Sequence record: MZ475895.1
DNA: 64,000 nt
Reading direction: 5' to 3' (one strand)
Both the position numbers and the translations under genes were made by a program. The notes beneath the pieces were generated by a model. That model searched no databases and was not told the DNA's origin. It saw nothing but the letters and a program-made list of their open reading frames with translations. Shown here one piece after another: positions 45,442 to 55,194 of the stretch (positions within the stretch are counted from its first letter, which is position 1; each line of letters starts with the position of its first letter).

Positions 45442-45909
45442 ATGGGTGTAGTTAACGGTATCAGTTCAACTAAGTTCCCGCGTCGAGGGCGGGACGAAGG
45501 TCTGACAGTCATTCTTCGTCGTCGCTGGGGATTGTACCCAGCGGTTATTGTTCGTCAAGATCACGGCGAACCCAACAACACGATTCATCGCATCGAGGCT
45601 AAAGCGCTACCCAAGCGCTTCTTTGATGGCAGTCATGAACTCTATGTTGCTGAGTATTATCAAACGAACTTCCCTAAAGACACTCCCATCTGCGCTGCTG
45701 GTGAAGTTGAAGGTCTGTTCGTTGAGATTGTATTCGACCATGACGTTCGCAACAAGTGCGAAGGCATCTGTGTGACCGATCGCGGTATGCAGAAAATCTT
45801 TTTGATCACGACAGGTCAACACGAAGGTCGTTACGTCACTGAGGCCGAGTGTGATTACAAAGTCAAACCTAAACTTGTAAAGGATAATAGAGATGACAGT
45901 AACATCTGA
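45442..45909 (+). CDS. hypothetical protein (155 aa)
   Basis: AAGGAG RBS. Confidence 0.8.
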   Translation: MGVVNGISSTKFPRRGRDEGLTVILRRRWGLYPAVIVRQDHGEPNNTIHRIEAKALPKRFFDGSHELYVAEYYQTNFPKDTPICAAGEVEGLFVEIVFDHDVRNKCEGICVTDRGMQKIFLITTGQHEGRYVTEAECDYKVKPKLVKDNRDDSNI

Positions 45910-46198
45910 ACACTCAACAACATCTAGCTGCAAGCGTGCGACTACAGGTCTGGGTCGTTTGACTAGCGGTGATCAGTTCTTCCTGTCGCTGGCCATCACT
46001 GGTTCTAAGACAGGCGAAGATGCAGGCTTCATTGATTCCGTTCGTGATCTGCACAAGCACATCGCTGCGTTTGCAGCAAAGCATGAGGTTACGCAAGTGA
46101 CCGCGTTTCTTGGACATAACGTTATGTCCGACGCCGAGTACACGTTAGAGTTCAACGTGTCTCAAGTATTCACACTCAAAAAAGAAAGGACGTATTAA
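45893..46198 (+). CDS. hypothetical protein (101 aa)
   Basis: Overlapping start. Confidence 0.65.
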   Translation: MTVTSEHSTTSSCKRATTGLGRLTSGDQFFLSLAITGSKTGEDAGFIDSVRDLHKHIAAFAAKHEVTQVTAFLGHNVMSDAEYTLEFNVSQVFTLKKERTY

Positions 46199-46743
46199 TG
46201 GAATTTCAAATTAAGCCAGACTTGCAGACCTACCCAAATTTCATTCTGCCCAAGCGCGGCTCTGCTCAGGCGGCGGGCCTCGACCTGTTTGCGCAGGAAG
46301 ATATGATCTTCACTGAAACCACTGAGCTGTTTAATCTGGGCTTCCGCGCCGCTGTGCCTGAAGGCTACGTTGCCTTAATCGTACCGCGCTCTGGCTTGGG
46401 TGCTAAGTTCAACATGCAACTGTCAAACACGATGGGCGTTATCGATAGCGACTATCGCGGTGATTGGATGGCAGCTTTCCATCTGGGCGGTAAAGGCACT
46501 CAAGCTGATACGCTGCCGCCATACGGTCAGTATCAGAAAGAGTTCTATCATCACGGCAGTGAGCTGTGGGAAAAAGCGAATCAAAACGAAGCGCCTATGC
46601 TCCTAGTTCCTAAAGGTGATGCGTTTGCACAGGTGCTGTTCTTTGAAGTACCGTTGATGCAAGTGACTCTGGTCGACGAGCTGCCTGAAACAGAGCGTGG
46701 TGAAGGTGGTTTCGGTTCTACCACTAAGTCGCAAAGTGCCTGA
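46198..46743 (+). CDS. dut: trimeric dUTPase with about 30-aa insertion
   Basis: AAGLDL, IVPRSGLG, GVIDSDYRG, KGDAFAQ and RGEGGFGST motifs I-V. Confidence 0.95.
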   Translation: MEFQIKPDLQTYPNFILPKRGSAQAAGLDLFAQEDMIFTETTELFNLGFRAAVPEGYVALIVPRSGLGAKFNMQLSNTMGVIDSDYRGDWMAAFHLGGKGTQADTLPPYGQYQKEFYHHGSELWEKANQNEAPMLLVPKGDAFAQVLFFEVPLMQVTLVDELPETERGEGGFGSTTKSQSA

Positions 46744-46951
46744 TTACCTTATCTTCATCTTGATCGCCTACTACATTGTAGGCTTCATGCAGTTTATGCG
46801 TGAAGTGTTCAGTTCTAAACTGAGTGAGAGCGAACGCTTGGCTGTCATTAAAGAAGATGAGGACACTCCAACGTCCGTAGTTTGGGCGCAGGCATTTAAG
46901 CTGATGTTATACGTTCTGTTCATTCACATACCAATGTGGATATTCAGATAA
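46736..46951 (+). CDS. small membrane protein (71 aa)
   Basis: GTG overlap; two hydrophobic segments. Confidence 0.55.
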   Translation: MPDYLIFILIAYYIVGFMQFMREVFSSKLSESERLAVIKEDEDTPTSVVWAQAFKLMLYVLFIHIPMWIFR

Positions 46952-46961
46952 CGTCAATCGT

Positions 46962-46985
46962 TAGGTCCTTGCGGGGACCTATTTT
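46962..46985 (+). terminator. intrinsic terminator (UGCG loop)
   Basis: TAGGTCCT-TGCG-GGGACCTA-TTTT. Confidence 0.75.
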
Positions 46986-47002
46986 ATCGTAATATAAACA
47001 CT

Positions 47003-47323
47003 ATGAGCAAAAAGAAACCGCAGTACATTCTGCCTCGTGAGCGTCCTACGCGCTTGCCAAATCTGCGTGCTTATCTGATGCATCTGGCACGCAACCCAAA
47101 CAAACATCGTGCCGTCCTTGAGATGCATTGCAATGCAGCGCTGGCCCAGCTGCGTAAAGATCGTTTCTTTCTTGGCAGACTGTTTGCTCATAAGGTGTAT
47201 ACGAAGTCGAGCAAGGTCGCATACACAATAGTATGGATTGACCCGTACAACTACGATTGCCTTGTTCTAAATCATATAAAAAGGAGAGTAGAGTTTAAAA
47301 ACCTTTACGGCCTGATTCTTTGA
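47003..47323 (+). CDS. hypothetical basic protein (106 aa)
   Basis: ORF after terminator. Confidence 0.65.
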   Translation: MSKKKPQYILPRERPTRLPNLRAYLMHLARNPNKHRAVLEMHCNAALAQLRKDRFFLGRLFAHKVYTKSSKVAYTIVWIDPYNYDCLVLNHIKRRVEFKNLYGLIL

Positions 47324-47356
47324 TTAGGTCCTAGCGCCTTCACACTAGGAGACACA

Positions 47357-48037
47357 ATGACTATTCTTATTTCTAACCGCACCGACGAGGTGATTCGCCA
47401 ACTCAACGTAGCTATCTGGTCAAGCGTTCTATTCGGACTCATTGTACTTGCATCAATTCTGGTGCAGCCGAATGCAACAGCCAGCGTCTCTACGGGCCCT
47501 GATAACGTTATCGATATGTCCTCAACAACTTCACTCGATCCCTCCAATCGTGTGGCAAGAGAATACAAGGAGATTGCAAAGACGCTAGTTGTGCAAGACG
47601 AGCGAAGGCCCTCGCGTTCTGTTACGAGAGAGCGCCTCCGACAATTGTACTCGCATCTACCGCACCCCAATGATTTAGGCAGGCAGATTGATTTGGCCGC
47701 TGCAAAGTATGCAGTGGACGCAAAGCTGATTCTTTCCATTTGCGTTTCCGAGTCGCATCTTCGTGCTAAAGTCAGAAACAAGTCTGGTGCAACAGGTATC
47801 TGCCAAGTAATGGCTAAGATGCATGGGCATTCAGCAAAAGACCTCCTCGATTATCGTATCAACATTGATGCGGCAACGAAGATAATTGCAGATCTTAATA
47901 AACAGTGTCGTGGTCGTACTGCTTGTGTTATTCAAGCGTACAACACAGGCTGGGGAGCATATTCGAAGGGTGCCCGTGCACCGCAATACTTGGCTAAAGT
48001 TAGATCAGAGATGCGCAAGCACCCATCATCATCCTAA
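47357..48037 (+). CDS. lytic transglycosylase (SLT domain) with N-terminal membrane anchor
   Basis: AAKYAVDAKLILSICVSES, SGATGICQVM, NIDAATKII and AYNTG SLT motifs; hydrophobic residues 17-37. Confidence 0.88.
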   Translation: MTILISNRTDEVIRQLNVAIWSSVLFGLIVLASILVQPNATASVSTGPDNVIDMSSTTSLDPSNRVAREYKEIAKTLVVQDERRPSRSVTRERLRQLYSHLPHPNDLGRQIDLAAAKYAVDAKLILSICVSESHLRAKVRNKSGATGICQVMAKMHGHSAKDLLDYRINIDAATKIIADLNKQCRGRTACVIQAYNTGWGAYSKGARAPQYLAKVRSEMRKHPSSS

Positions 48038-48050
48038 AGAGGACATAATA

Positions 48051-48704
48051 ATGAGCACCGCCAACATCGCAGACTTGTACAAAATGCAGTTCCAGATTCT
48101 CAAACCACTTTCGCCTCGCCAAGAGTACGCACTGATTGTGCTACATGCTTCCGCGACCGAAGATGACGTTCGTGGTCTGGCCGAAGTTGTTGTTCGTGAT
48201 TACCCGCACGTTGCGCGTCTGTATGATGCGTTTGCTGCTGCGACTGAGTACGGTGATAACTCTGTACCGTTCATCATTCCAGTATCAAACAGTGAGCACG
48301 TCACCGAAGAGATTTACGCTATCGTTGATCACTCACTCGTCGTTGCGCCAAGTCTGCGCCAACTTTTGGAGCAAGCCCTTGAGCGTGTTCAATACATGCC
48401 AGAGACTGCTGACGAAAGACGTTTCGTAATTGAACGCGAACCCCTGACTATGGGCTGGTTCATTGATTGTGTCCTTGACGCGTACAACTGTGGTCAACTG
48501 CCTATGGCTGTTCGTCCATCGAAAGCGCAACAAGAAATGCGTAACGAAAACCTGCTGTCGTTCAATCAGCTCCGTGATGCTGATATGTTCAGCGGCGAGA
48601 TCGACTACACGCAAGCCTTACAGCCAAGTATGCAAGCGCGTCACATTGCAGCTAAGCTGATCGCACGTCTGCAAAACAGCAAGCGTGCCGTAACTGTTAA
48701 CTAA
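48051..48704 (+). CDS. hypothetical protein (217 aa)
   Basis: GAGGA RBS before ATG 48051. Confidence 0.8.
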   Translation: MSTANIADLYKMQFQILKPLSPRQEYALIVLHASATEDDVRGLAEVVVRDYPHVARLYDAFAAATEYGDNSVPFIIPVSNSEHVTEEIYAIVDHSLVVAPSLRQLLEQALERVQYMPETADERRFVIEREPLTMGWFIDCVLDAYNCGQLPMAVRPSKAQQEMRNENLLSFNQLRDADMFSGEIDYTQALQPSMQARHIAAKLIARLQNSKRAVTVN

Positions 48705-48710
48705 CAACTC

Positions 48711-48737
48711 GGGAGACCTTAACTGGTTTCCCTTTTT
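48711..48737 (+). terminator. intrinsic terminator
   Basis: GGGAGACC...GGTTTCCC-TTTTT. Confidence 0.8.
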
Positions 48738-48768
48738 ACTTTCTCGCTGAATTTTTAAGGAAATTCCA

Positions 48769-49914
48769 ATGACTAATTCATCTCTGCCTTTCGTTTCTTG
48801 GTTCGAACGTGACAACTACTTTGATGACATGATTGAGCGTCTCGACCTCAAACGTCTCTGGGGCTATGTTGAAAAGAACAACGTGGTCAACAAGACTAAA
48901 TACAATCTGCCTAACCTCACTGCCTACCACACCACCGAGCACATGAAAGAAGTTGCGTGCATTGCGTCCTCTCTACTGCACCGCGAGTCGAACCACGACT
49001 GGCAGATTCGTCTGATGGAATATCCGTTAGTCGTCGCGTGCCTTTTCCACGATATGAATCACAGTCTGGGTAAATATACTGATGACGTGAACATCAACCA
49101 TGCGCTCGTTGCGTTTAATGACTATCTTAATACCAAAGATGAGAATCAGGGCAACGACAAGCTGCTGTTTGAATATCGCGATCAGATCTGTGCACTGATT
49201 CGTTGCACCCAATTCCCGTTCCATGACTCACGCAAGCCAACTAACCTGATGGAACGCTGCATTCGTGATGCGGACATTTTATACGGCCTGCAGGATGACG
49301 CAATGCCTGCTGTTGTGATTGGTCTACTGGATGAAGTGAACGTTCGTTTGGCTCCAGAAAGCAAATACTCCACCGCACAGTGGGTGGCAGGTCGCATTGA
49401 GTTCCTGTTGTCGTGCGAGATGTTCACCGAAACTGCTAACAAAATCTTCTGCGATGCTCTTAGCACCAACAGCCCGAACTATCACGGTAATGTGCTGCAA
49501 TCTTTCCTTGAGATGAAAGTGCGGCTGATCGATGTTCGTGCAGATAAGCTACGTGGTGGTGATGTTATCTGGACAGACACAGAGAACGACTCAGCCTATC
49601 GTCCACGCCAAATCAGAAACATCGGCAACGAAGCGCTGCCAGACGTTAACGTGTATTTCACTGACGGTCAGGCTTGCGGCTATCGTAGCGGGGAGACCGT
49701 TCAGTTGCTGCCTAACACTGAGATGGTGAAGCTCGAAGACATTGTAGTTGGCGACATTATTCTTGAGCCTGCACAGGGTGAAGTGAAGCGCGATCTGCAT
49801 CGCATCGTAAACATCGCTAACGGTGGCCTGCATGAAAGCGTGCTCTATCTCGAAAATGGCGGTGTGTTTACGTCAGCGCCCAAAGGCCGTGTCTGTCGTG
49901 TAGTCAGCAAATAA
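48769..49914 (+). CDS. HD-domain phosphohydrolase (PDEase-like) with two C-terminal beta repeats
   Basis: YHTTEH, CLFHDMNH, IRDADI; repeats VRADKLRGGDVI...VYFTDG and VKLEDIVVGDII...LYLENG. Confidence 0.75.
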   Translation: MTNSSLPFVSWFERDNYFDDMIERLDLKRLWGYVEKNNVVNKTKYNLPNLTAYHTTEHMKEVACIASSLLHRESNHDWQIRLMEYPLVVACLFHDMNHSLGKYTDDVNINHALVAFNDYLNTKDENQGNDKLLFEYRDQICALIRCTQFPFHDSRKPTNLMERCIRDADILYGLQDDAMPAVVIGLLDEVNVRLAPESKYSTAQWVAGRIEFLLSCEMFTETANKIFCDALSTNSPNYHGNVLQSFLEMKVRLIDVRADKLRGGDVIWTDTENDSAYRPRQIRNIGNEALPDVNVYFTDGQACGYRSGETVQLLPNTEMVKLEDIVVGDIILEPAQGEVKRDLHRIVNIANGGLHESVLYLENGGVFTSAPKGRVCRVVSK

Positions 49915-49916
49915 CT

Positions 49917-49959
49917 GGACGAAATAAGGCTACTCTGCTTAGGCTGCTTATGCTATAAT
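49917..49959 (+). promoter_or_regulatory. GGWCAAAAT-box promoter (copy 7)
   Basis: GGACGAAAT 49917, TATGC-TATAAT 49954. Confidence 0.7.
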
Positions 49960-50001
49960 ATGCGTGAGCAGTCATTTATCATATTCTCAAGGGAGAAACG
50001 T

Positions 50002-50676
50002 ATGTACAGATCATTCAATCCAGATATGACAGGCAAGTTTTTCGTAATCGAACACAGCTTTAAAATTCAAAACATCTTTTGGATGGGCTTCAAAACGATT
50101 GATGGCAGAGAAATCATTTTGCCTATTCCTGCACGTGACGCACAGAGTGGTTATCGTGTTGGCCGAGAAGCGGCCTTCCCTGTAATTCGCTCCAACATTA
50201 ATACGAACGCTGACCCAGATTCAGACGTCTTGTTCGAACATACGGTAGGCATCTTGCATATGCGAGCACGCCGTTTCGAAACTCAGATCATGACGCGCAC
50301 TGCCGTCTCTTATACTGGCTTGCTGCCTGACGTCCGTATGGCAAAAGAGGGCGAGCGCTATGTTACGCCTCTTAATTCGTTTGAAGGTCCTCTTATTCCT
50401 GCACTGAGTCGTCGTCTTACTCATTTCTGCGAAGAAACGCCGATGCTGCACAGTTCTTTCCTTGAGACGTTCTCTGACGAAGAGTGGTCGAAACTGAAAG
50501 CCGCACCTGTATCAATCAATGATTGGCATAGTGTTTCTAACTCTATTCGTGAGGGTAAGCTAAAGCCTACAGTTAATATCCCAGACTTCTATCTGTCTAC
50601 CCGTAAAGAAGATACGACAATACCGTCAGACGTTATCGAATATTACGCCGAAGCTAACGCACGAGGTGACATATAG
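50002..50676 (+). CDS. hypothetical protein (224 aa)
   Basis: GGGAG RBS before ATG 50002. Confidence 0.8.
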   Translation: MYRSFNPDMTGKFFVIEHSFKIQNIFWMGFKTIDGREIILPIPARDAQSGYRVGREAAFPVIRSNINTNADPDSDVLFEHTVGILHMRARRFETQIMTRTAVSYTGLLPDVRMAKEGERYVTPLNSFEGPLIPALSRRLTHFCEETPMLHSSFLETFSDEEWSKLKAAPVSINDWHSVSNSIREGKLKPTVNIPDFYLSTRKEDTTIPSDVIEYYAEANARGDI

Positions 50677-50909
50677 TGAGCAACGTCATACATCAAACGT
50701 CCGAGACTGTCTTCTACGTTCTTGGTGCTGTAACCCTTCTTGCTCACCTTGTGGGCTTCGTTAAGAACTGGCTCAAGATTCATGAGATGCGCCAGAAGCG
50801 CCGCGATAGACTCGCAAAAGCTAAAACTCCGCACGAAAAGATGCAACGCCGTCTGGGTAAAGCTCGGCGCGATGCTCTGCTTTATAAACCTCGCAAAGTA
50901 AGGAATTGA
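50676..50909 (+). CDS. small membrane-anchored basic protein (77 aa)
   Basis: GAGG RBS, one TM segment. Confidence 0.65.
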   Translation: MSNVIHQTSETVFYVLGAVTLLAHLVGFVKNWLKIHEMRQKRRDRLAKAKTPHEKMQRRLGKARRDALLYKPRKVRN

Positions 50910-50911
50910 TT

Positions 50912-51214
50912 ATGTCTTCTGATTTACGCCGCAAGCTCATGGCTGTGCTTGACAAGATGTTTGAGCACAAGTCTGAAAACAATCTCGCAGACGACACGGC
51001 CTACTCCGTACCTCGTTCTGAGTTCTCTATGATTGCACCTGAGAGTGCTGCTGAGAAATGCGCGGTCATTACAGAGATTCTGCGTGACGGCCACATCATC
51101 AATCTGTACGGTCCGTATGCCGTTACTGTTAGTCGTGATAGTGAAGGCCAACAGGTGTTTGTGTTCGTCCGCGTTCCAGACTATCAAGACATTGTTGCTG
51201 TGGAGAAACTGTGA
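50912..51214 (+). CDS. hypothetical protein (100 aa)
   Basis: AAGGA RBS. Confidence 0.7.
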   Translation: MSSDLRRKLMAVLDKMFEHKSENNLADDTAYSVPRSEFSMIAPESAAEKCAVITEILRDGHIINLYGPYAVTVSRDSEGQQVFVFVRVPDYQDIVAVEKL

Positions 51215-51762
51215 TGGAACAGATCGACATGTTCTACCAAGATCAGCCTCAGCAAACAACAACGCGTGCTGAATACTATAACCCGCACATCTCAGAAGAA
51301 GATCGTCTTCGCCAGTGGCGTTATGTGCAAGCTGCATTCGGTGGCGGTCCTGCAGGTAGTCCTATTCGTGTTGAGAAGATGCCGAAAGACATTACCAACA
51401 TTCATGAGTTCATCATTGTGCCTAACGAGAAACAGCGTAAGGAAATGAATGAACTCATGGGAGATCCCCAAGACCCGTCCGACCAGAAGTATCTGACGAT
51501 GCTGTACACGTACACGACAAAAGTCGGTATGATGGTACGCTCGTTCCAAGAGCTGGCTGAACGTGGTGGCCCTATGGGTTGTCTCAACGTGTTCACTACA
51601 ACGAACATCTATGAGTCTCGCCTGCTTGTGTTCTGGAATAAGAACCCTCTCGAAGATCAAGAGGAGTACACACAGTGGCTTGACCACATTCGCGGAAACT
51701 TCAACAAGAAGTCCCGACGCTTCTATGAGATTTCCTCAGAGCGTGAACTTTACTCAGCATAA
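51214..51762 (+). CDS. hypothetical protein (182 aa)
   Basis: TGATG coupling. Confidence 0.75.
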   Translation: MEQIDMFYQDQPQQTTTRAEYYNPHISEEDRLRQWRYVQAAFGGGPAGSPIRVEKMPKDITNIHEFIIVPNEKQRKEMNELMGDPQDPSDQKYLTMLYTYTTKVGMMVRSFQELAERGGPMGCLNVFTTTNIYESRLLVFWNKNPLEDQEEYTQWLDHIRGNFNKKSRRFYEISSERELYSA

Positions 51763-51799
51763 TTCATTTTGGCCTTGCGGGGCCAATTAGGAGAACATC

Positions 51800-53191
51800 A
51801 TGATTTTCGATCTGCGCAAAAGTTTGGCCATGGTTCGTACCGTAATCGATGACCAAGTAATCTATAACTTCTACAACATGATTGGCCGCGATATGCAACT
51901 GCCCGGTACTACTCTCAAAGAGATTATCGACGTGCAGCGTAAGGGCGAACTGTGCACCAACATCATGTGGGGTACTCAGAAGATGGAGTATCGCACACTC
52001 AGATTCGATGAGCGTGGTGATCTTCTCTTAGACGTGACCGTTGGTCCGCATTGCTACGCACGGCTCTCTTACGATCAGATTGAACACTATGGGCGCAAAG
52101 AGTTTAAGGCTATTAACTGCATCGAGATCGATAGCTACCTCGCCCGTGACATTAGAGCGCATCTTCGCGCAGTGGGCCAAACTGAGCCTAAGCTCGAATG
52201 GTATGACAACGTGTCGGATGATGAACTGAAGGACGCTCTACTTTCAGTTGGTCACATGGGACCTCTGGCTTATGAAGGTAAATCTCGTAACCAGTTAGAG
52301 GACATGTTTGAGAAATTCCAGCGTAAGCACGATGCAGAATACAAGTACACGCACGCGCATATTGGCTTAGACCCAGACGAAAAGCTGCCTGCTGATTTGT
52401 ATGAAGATGAGGCACGCTCAATCACTCGTCGTTCTTTTGCTCCTCAGAAGACTGTCGATATGATGATCACTGAGATCTCAAACGTGATGCGCATGTTCGA
52501 TATCTGGGATTCAGCGCCGACATCCGAGACGCATGAGTGGTCAATGCAGGAGGCGTACATGGCCTTCTATAACAGCTTAGTGATTGATAGCGATGGCAGC
52601 CGTCTGCGTGAACTGAAAGATAATCCACAGTTCGCTATCAACTTCATCTACGGCATGGCGGCAGACCTGAATTGGATTCACATCAACGAGATGACCGAAG
52701 ACTATCGTGGCTCGGTTGTGAATCGCATCCTGCAGGAGATTGCTGTTGAGATCAGCACCTCTGATGATTACTGCACGACGGAGCACGGCATCGCTCTTAT
52801 TAAGAAAGAAGAAGAGACAGAAGAAGAGGAGGAGGATGCTTCTGAGCCCGTCTCCATCGAAAAGAAAAAGAAGAAAGGCTTCCCGGATATTCGCTCAGTA
52901 GAAGAGGTGAACTATGACGCACTGCATATCATCGAGATTACATACAAACTGCCCAAGCAGCCTAAGCTGCGCACTAAGCTAGACGTACTGCAATCTCGTG
53001 AGTGCTATCTTGAGCACTTCTTCGGTTGTTTGAAAGAAAATGATTGGCATAGATTAGACAATATCACTAATCTTGACCTGCGCCGTATTGTTGGTGCTGT
53101 TACTAAATCTAATGGTGGTAGATTCAGCCACAACGCCCTGTTAAACATAATTAAACGTGCAGCTAAGAAACTGGCTGCCACTGAGTTCTAA
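51800..53191 (+). CDS. hypothetical protein (463 aa)
   Basis: AGGAG RBS; internal EEETEEEEED/KKKKK block. Confidence 0.85.
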   Translation: MIFDLRKSLAMVRTVIDDQVIYNFYNMIGRDMQLPGTTLKEIIDVQRKGELCTNIMWGTQKMEYRTLRFDERGDLLLDVTVGPHCYARLSYDQIEHYGRKEFKAINCIEIDSYLARDIRAHLRAVGQTEPKLEWYDNVSDDELKDALLSVGHMGPLAYEGKSRNQLEDMFEKFQRKHDAEYKYTHAHIGLDPDEKLPADLYEDEARSITRRSFAPQKTVDMMITEISNVMRMFDIWDSAPTSETHEWSMQEAYMAFYNSLVIDSDGSRLRELKDNPQFAINFIYGMAADLNWIHINEMTEDYRGSVVNRILQEIAVEISTSDDYCTTEHGIALIKKEEETEEEEEDASEPVSIEKKKKKGFPDIRSVEEVNYDALHIIEITYKLPKQPKLRTKLDVLQSRECYLEHFFGCLKENDWHRLDNITNLDLRRIVGAVTKSNGGRFSHNALLNIIKRAAKKLAATEF

Positions 53192-53224
53192 CCGCTATTA
53201 TACCTAACATTGTAGGGAACCAAA

Positions 53225-53647
53225 ATGAATTTCAATCCAAACATCATTGTTGTTGATCGTGTTGTTGTCATGGCCACCAAAGAGACCACAGACAAGTGGG
53301 CTGTTGCTGCAAAGCAAGATCGTGACAACGCACAGTTCGGTATGGCTTTATTGCACGCGGAGCTTCAACGCAAAATCAGTAGCACGCTGCGTAACGCCAA
53401 CCCTGAATCGATGTTCCGTCCAGAGATATTCTGGGCGGACTACGGCCCGCTCTCCGTTAGCGGCTTCATGTATATTGAGAGCAGTGCGGACGAAGAAGTG
53501 TTGAATCAGGCAGATGACCGCGATTACCTGTGCCATCTTGAAGCGATCAAAAACATCGCCGCATCTATGGGACACACCGTTGTTATTCAGCGTGTGAAAG
53601 CCCAGTTCCCTATTGTTGATACTCGCGTACCTGTTGCTTATGCCTAA
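53225..53647 (+). CDS. hypothetical protein (140 aa)
   Basis: AGGGA RBS. Confidence 0.75.
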   Translation: MNFNPNIIVVDRVVVMATKETTDKWAVAAKQDRDNAQFGMALLHAELQRKISSTLRNANPESMFRPEIFWADYGPLSVSGFMYIESSADEEVLNQADDRDYLCHLEAIKNIAASMGHTVVIQRVKAQFPIVDTRVPVAYA

Positions 53648-53657
53648 GAGGTGACCT

Positions 53658-53954
53658 ATGTCTGAACAAACTCAATTGCCTGGCCAAGTCGTTATCGTTT
53701 GTGTTATGCAGGAATCTGATTCTTTCATGGGTCAGAAGTTTGATGGCTATGTGTACTTGCTTAATCCAGAACACAAAGAGATGTTTGAACGTCACCTGCA
53801 GGCGCACAAAAGTCGTGAGAACTATTCACACATTATCAGCCACGCTAATCACTATATAACTAGCACGGGCTTCGATGCGCTTCATGCTGCTATACGCAAA
53901 GATGCAAACAGACCCTGGCTGTGGTCAGATACTGATTACACGATAACTGCATAA
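53658..53954 (+). CDS. hypothetical protein (98 aa)
   Basis: GAGGT RBS. Confidence 0.75.
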   Translation: MSEQTQLPGQVVIVCVMQESDSFMGQKFDGYVYLLNPEHKEMFERHLQAHKSRENYSHIISHANHYITSTGFDALHAAIRKDANRPWLWSDTDYTITA

Positions 53955-53958
53955 ATCT

Positions 53959-54001
53959 GGACAAAATAGAGGTAGCTAGAAAAAGCTGCCCCTGATATAC
54001 T
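53959..54001 (+). promoter_or_regulatory. GGWCAAAAT-box promoter (copy 8)
   Basis: GGACAAAAT 53959, TGA-TATACT 53996. Confidence 0.72.
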
Positions 54002-54054
54002 AAAAGCGTAGCTTGTGCTGCGCTTTTTTACTTTCTGTCTGAGGAGACAACAAA

Positions 54055-54510
54055 ATGAAACCAATCAAAGCAACTGAGGCTGATAAAGCGCTTCAAAACG
54101 AATGTATGGACGCTGTTGCTCAGTGTATTATCCTGAACACACCCGACTGGCGCGATGTAGCGATTGCAGGTTTGCGCCTGTATCTGGTTGCAGCAAAGAT
54201 GAGCGGCGCGGAAATCCCGTGTATGCAATTCGAACATAACGGCAAGCCGTGCCGTTTGTCGTTCAAGATGAACCTTGTTGATGAAGGCGAAGAGTTCACT
54301 CCGAACGAAGTGAACCAAGCGCACCAGCAAGAAATGATCGAATGCATTCTTGCTAAGACCGAAGCGCTCGGCGGTTACAGTTACTTTGATTTGTTCGTTT
54401 GCTCAGGCCGCCTATTTATGATTGGCTTCGACGGTATGGCCGACACCGTTCCTGCTCTGATGTTCCGCTCAGACAAAAAGAACTACCGCGTTAACTTGAT
54501 CAACGGATAA
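54055..54510 (+). CDS. hypothetical protein (151 aa)
   Basis: GAGGAG RBS. Confidence 0.8.
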   Translation: MKPIKATEADKALQNECMDAVAQCIILNTPDWRDVAIAGLRLYLVAAKMSGAEIPCMQFEHNGKPCRLSFKMNLVDEGEEFTPNEVNQAHQQEMIECILAKTEALGGYSYFDLFVCSGRLFMIGFDGMADTVPALMFRSDKKNYRVNLING

Positions 54511-54513
54511 GCT

Positions 54514-54696
54514 GTGAAGACCACCAACGACCTGATTAAAGAATTAAAGCAACATCGTGTTATCATCATTGAAGAACACGACAAGCATATTCTGCCTGAC
54601 CTGACATTCGCCCTGAGTTGCTTATGCATCGATCATACTAAGCGTGTGGTCGAAACAAAGCGTAGTGCTCAGGCAACCAAAATCAAACTCGCATGA
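54514..54696 (+). CDS. hypothetical protein (60 aa)
   Basis: GTG start, fills gap. Confidence 0.5.
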   Translation: MKTTNDLIKELKQHRVIIIEEHDKHILPDLTFALSCLCIDHTKRVVETKRSAQATKIKLA

Positions 54697-54703
54697 GGTT
54701 ACT

Positions 54704-55141
54704 ATGAAATTTGATCAAGCACCAACGAAAGCACAACTCGTGCTGCTGGCCCTCGCTCTCGAATCCGTTCTCCTCTCTATGGAGAAAACGTTTATCAACC
54801 GTAATCTGCTGGAGCAGTTACTTGCGAAGTACGGCATCTCGTTTAACGATCTGAAAGAGTTGCGAGAGTACGGCGAAAAGCATTCCGCCATCGGTACCAG
54901 CGTTGCTCAAGTTATGGAGATAGCTGCCTTGCATGTGGCTCATCTGAAAACAGAACCTGTGCCTGAATACAGTCAAGACGACCTTGATCTAATTCGCGTA
55001 GAATACGAGCCAATCGATACGTCTGTCCTACGCCAGGGCGCTGTGAATGATGGGGTTATCACAGTGCAGCAAGCAGCCACTTTTGAGCGCGATCAGATAC
55101 TGACTGCTATTCTTGAGTACCGACTGCGCTCAGAAGCATAA
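54704..55141 (+). CDS. hypothetical protein (145 aa)
   Basis: GAGGT RBS before ATG 54704. Confidence 0.75.
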   Translation: MKFDQAPTKAQLVLLALALESVLLSMEKTFINRNLLEQLLAKYGISFNDLKELREYGEKHSAIGTSVAQVMEIAALHVAHLKTEPVPEYSQDDLDLIRVEYEPIDTSVLRQGAVNDGVITVQQAATFERDQILTAILEYRLRSEA

Positions 55142-55145
55142 ATCT

Positions 55146-55188
55146 GGACAAAATCGTGGTTGTAGCAAAAACCGTCCTATGTTATAAT
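55146..55188 (+). promoter_or_regulatory. GGWCAAAAT-box promoter (copy 9)
   Basis: GGACAAAAT 55146, TTGTAG-17-TATAAT 55183. Confidence 0.75.
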
Positions 55189-55194
55189 AGAGAT

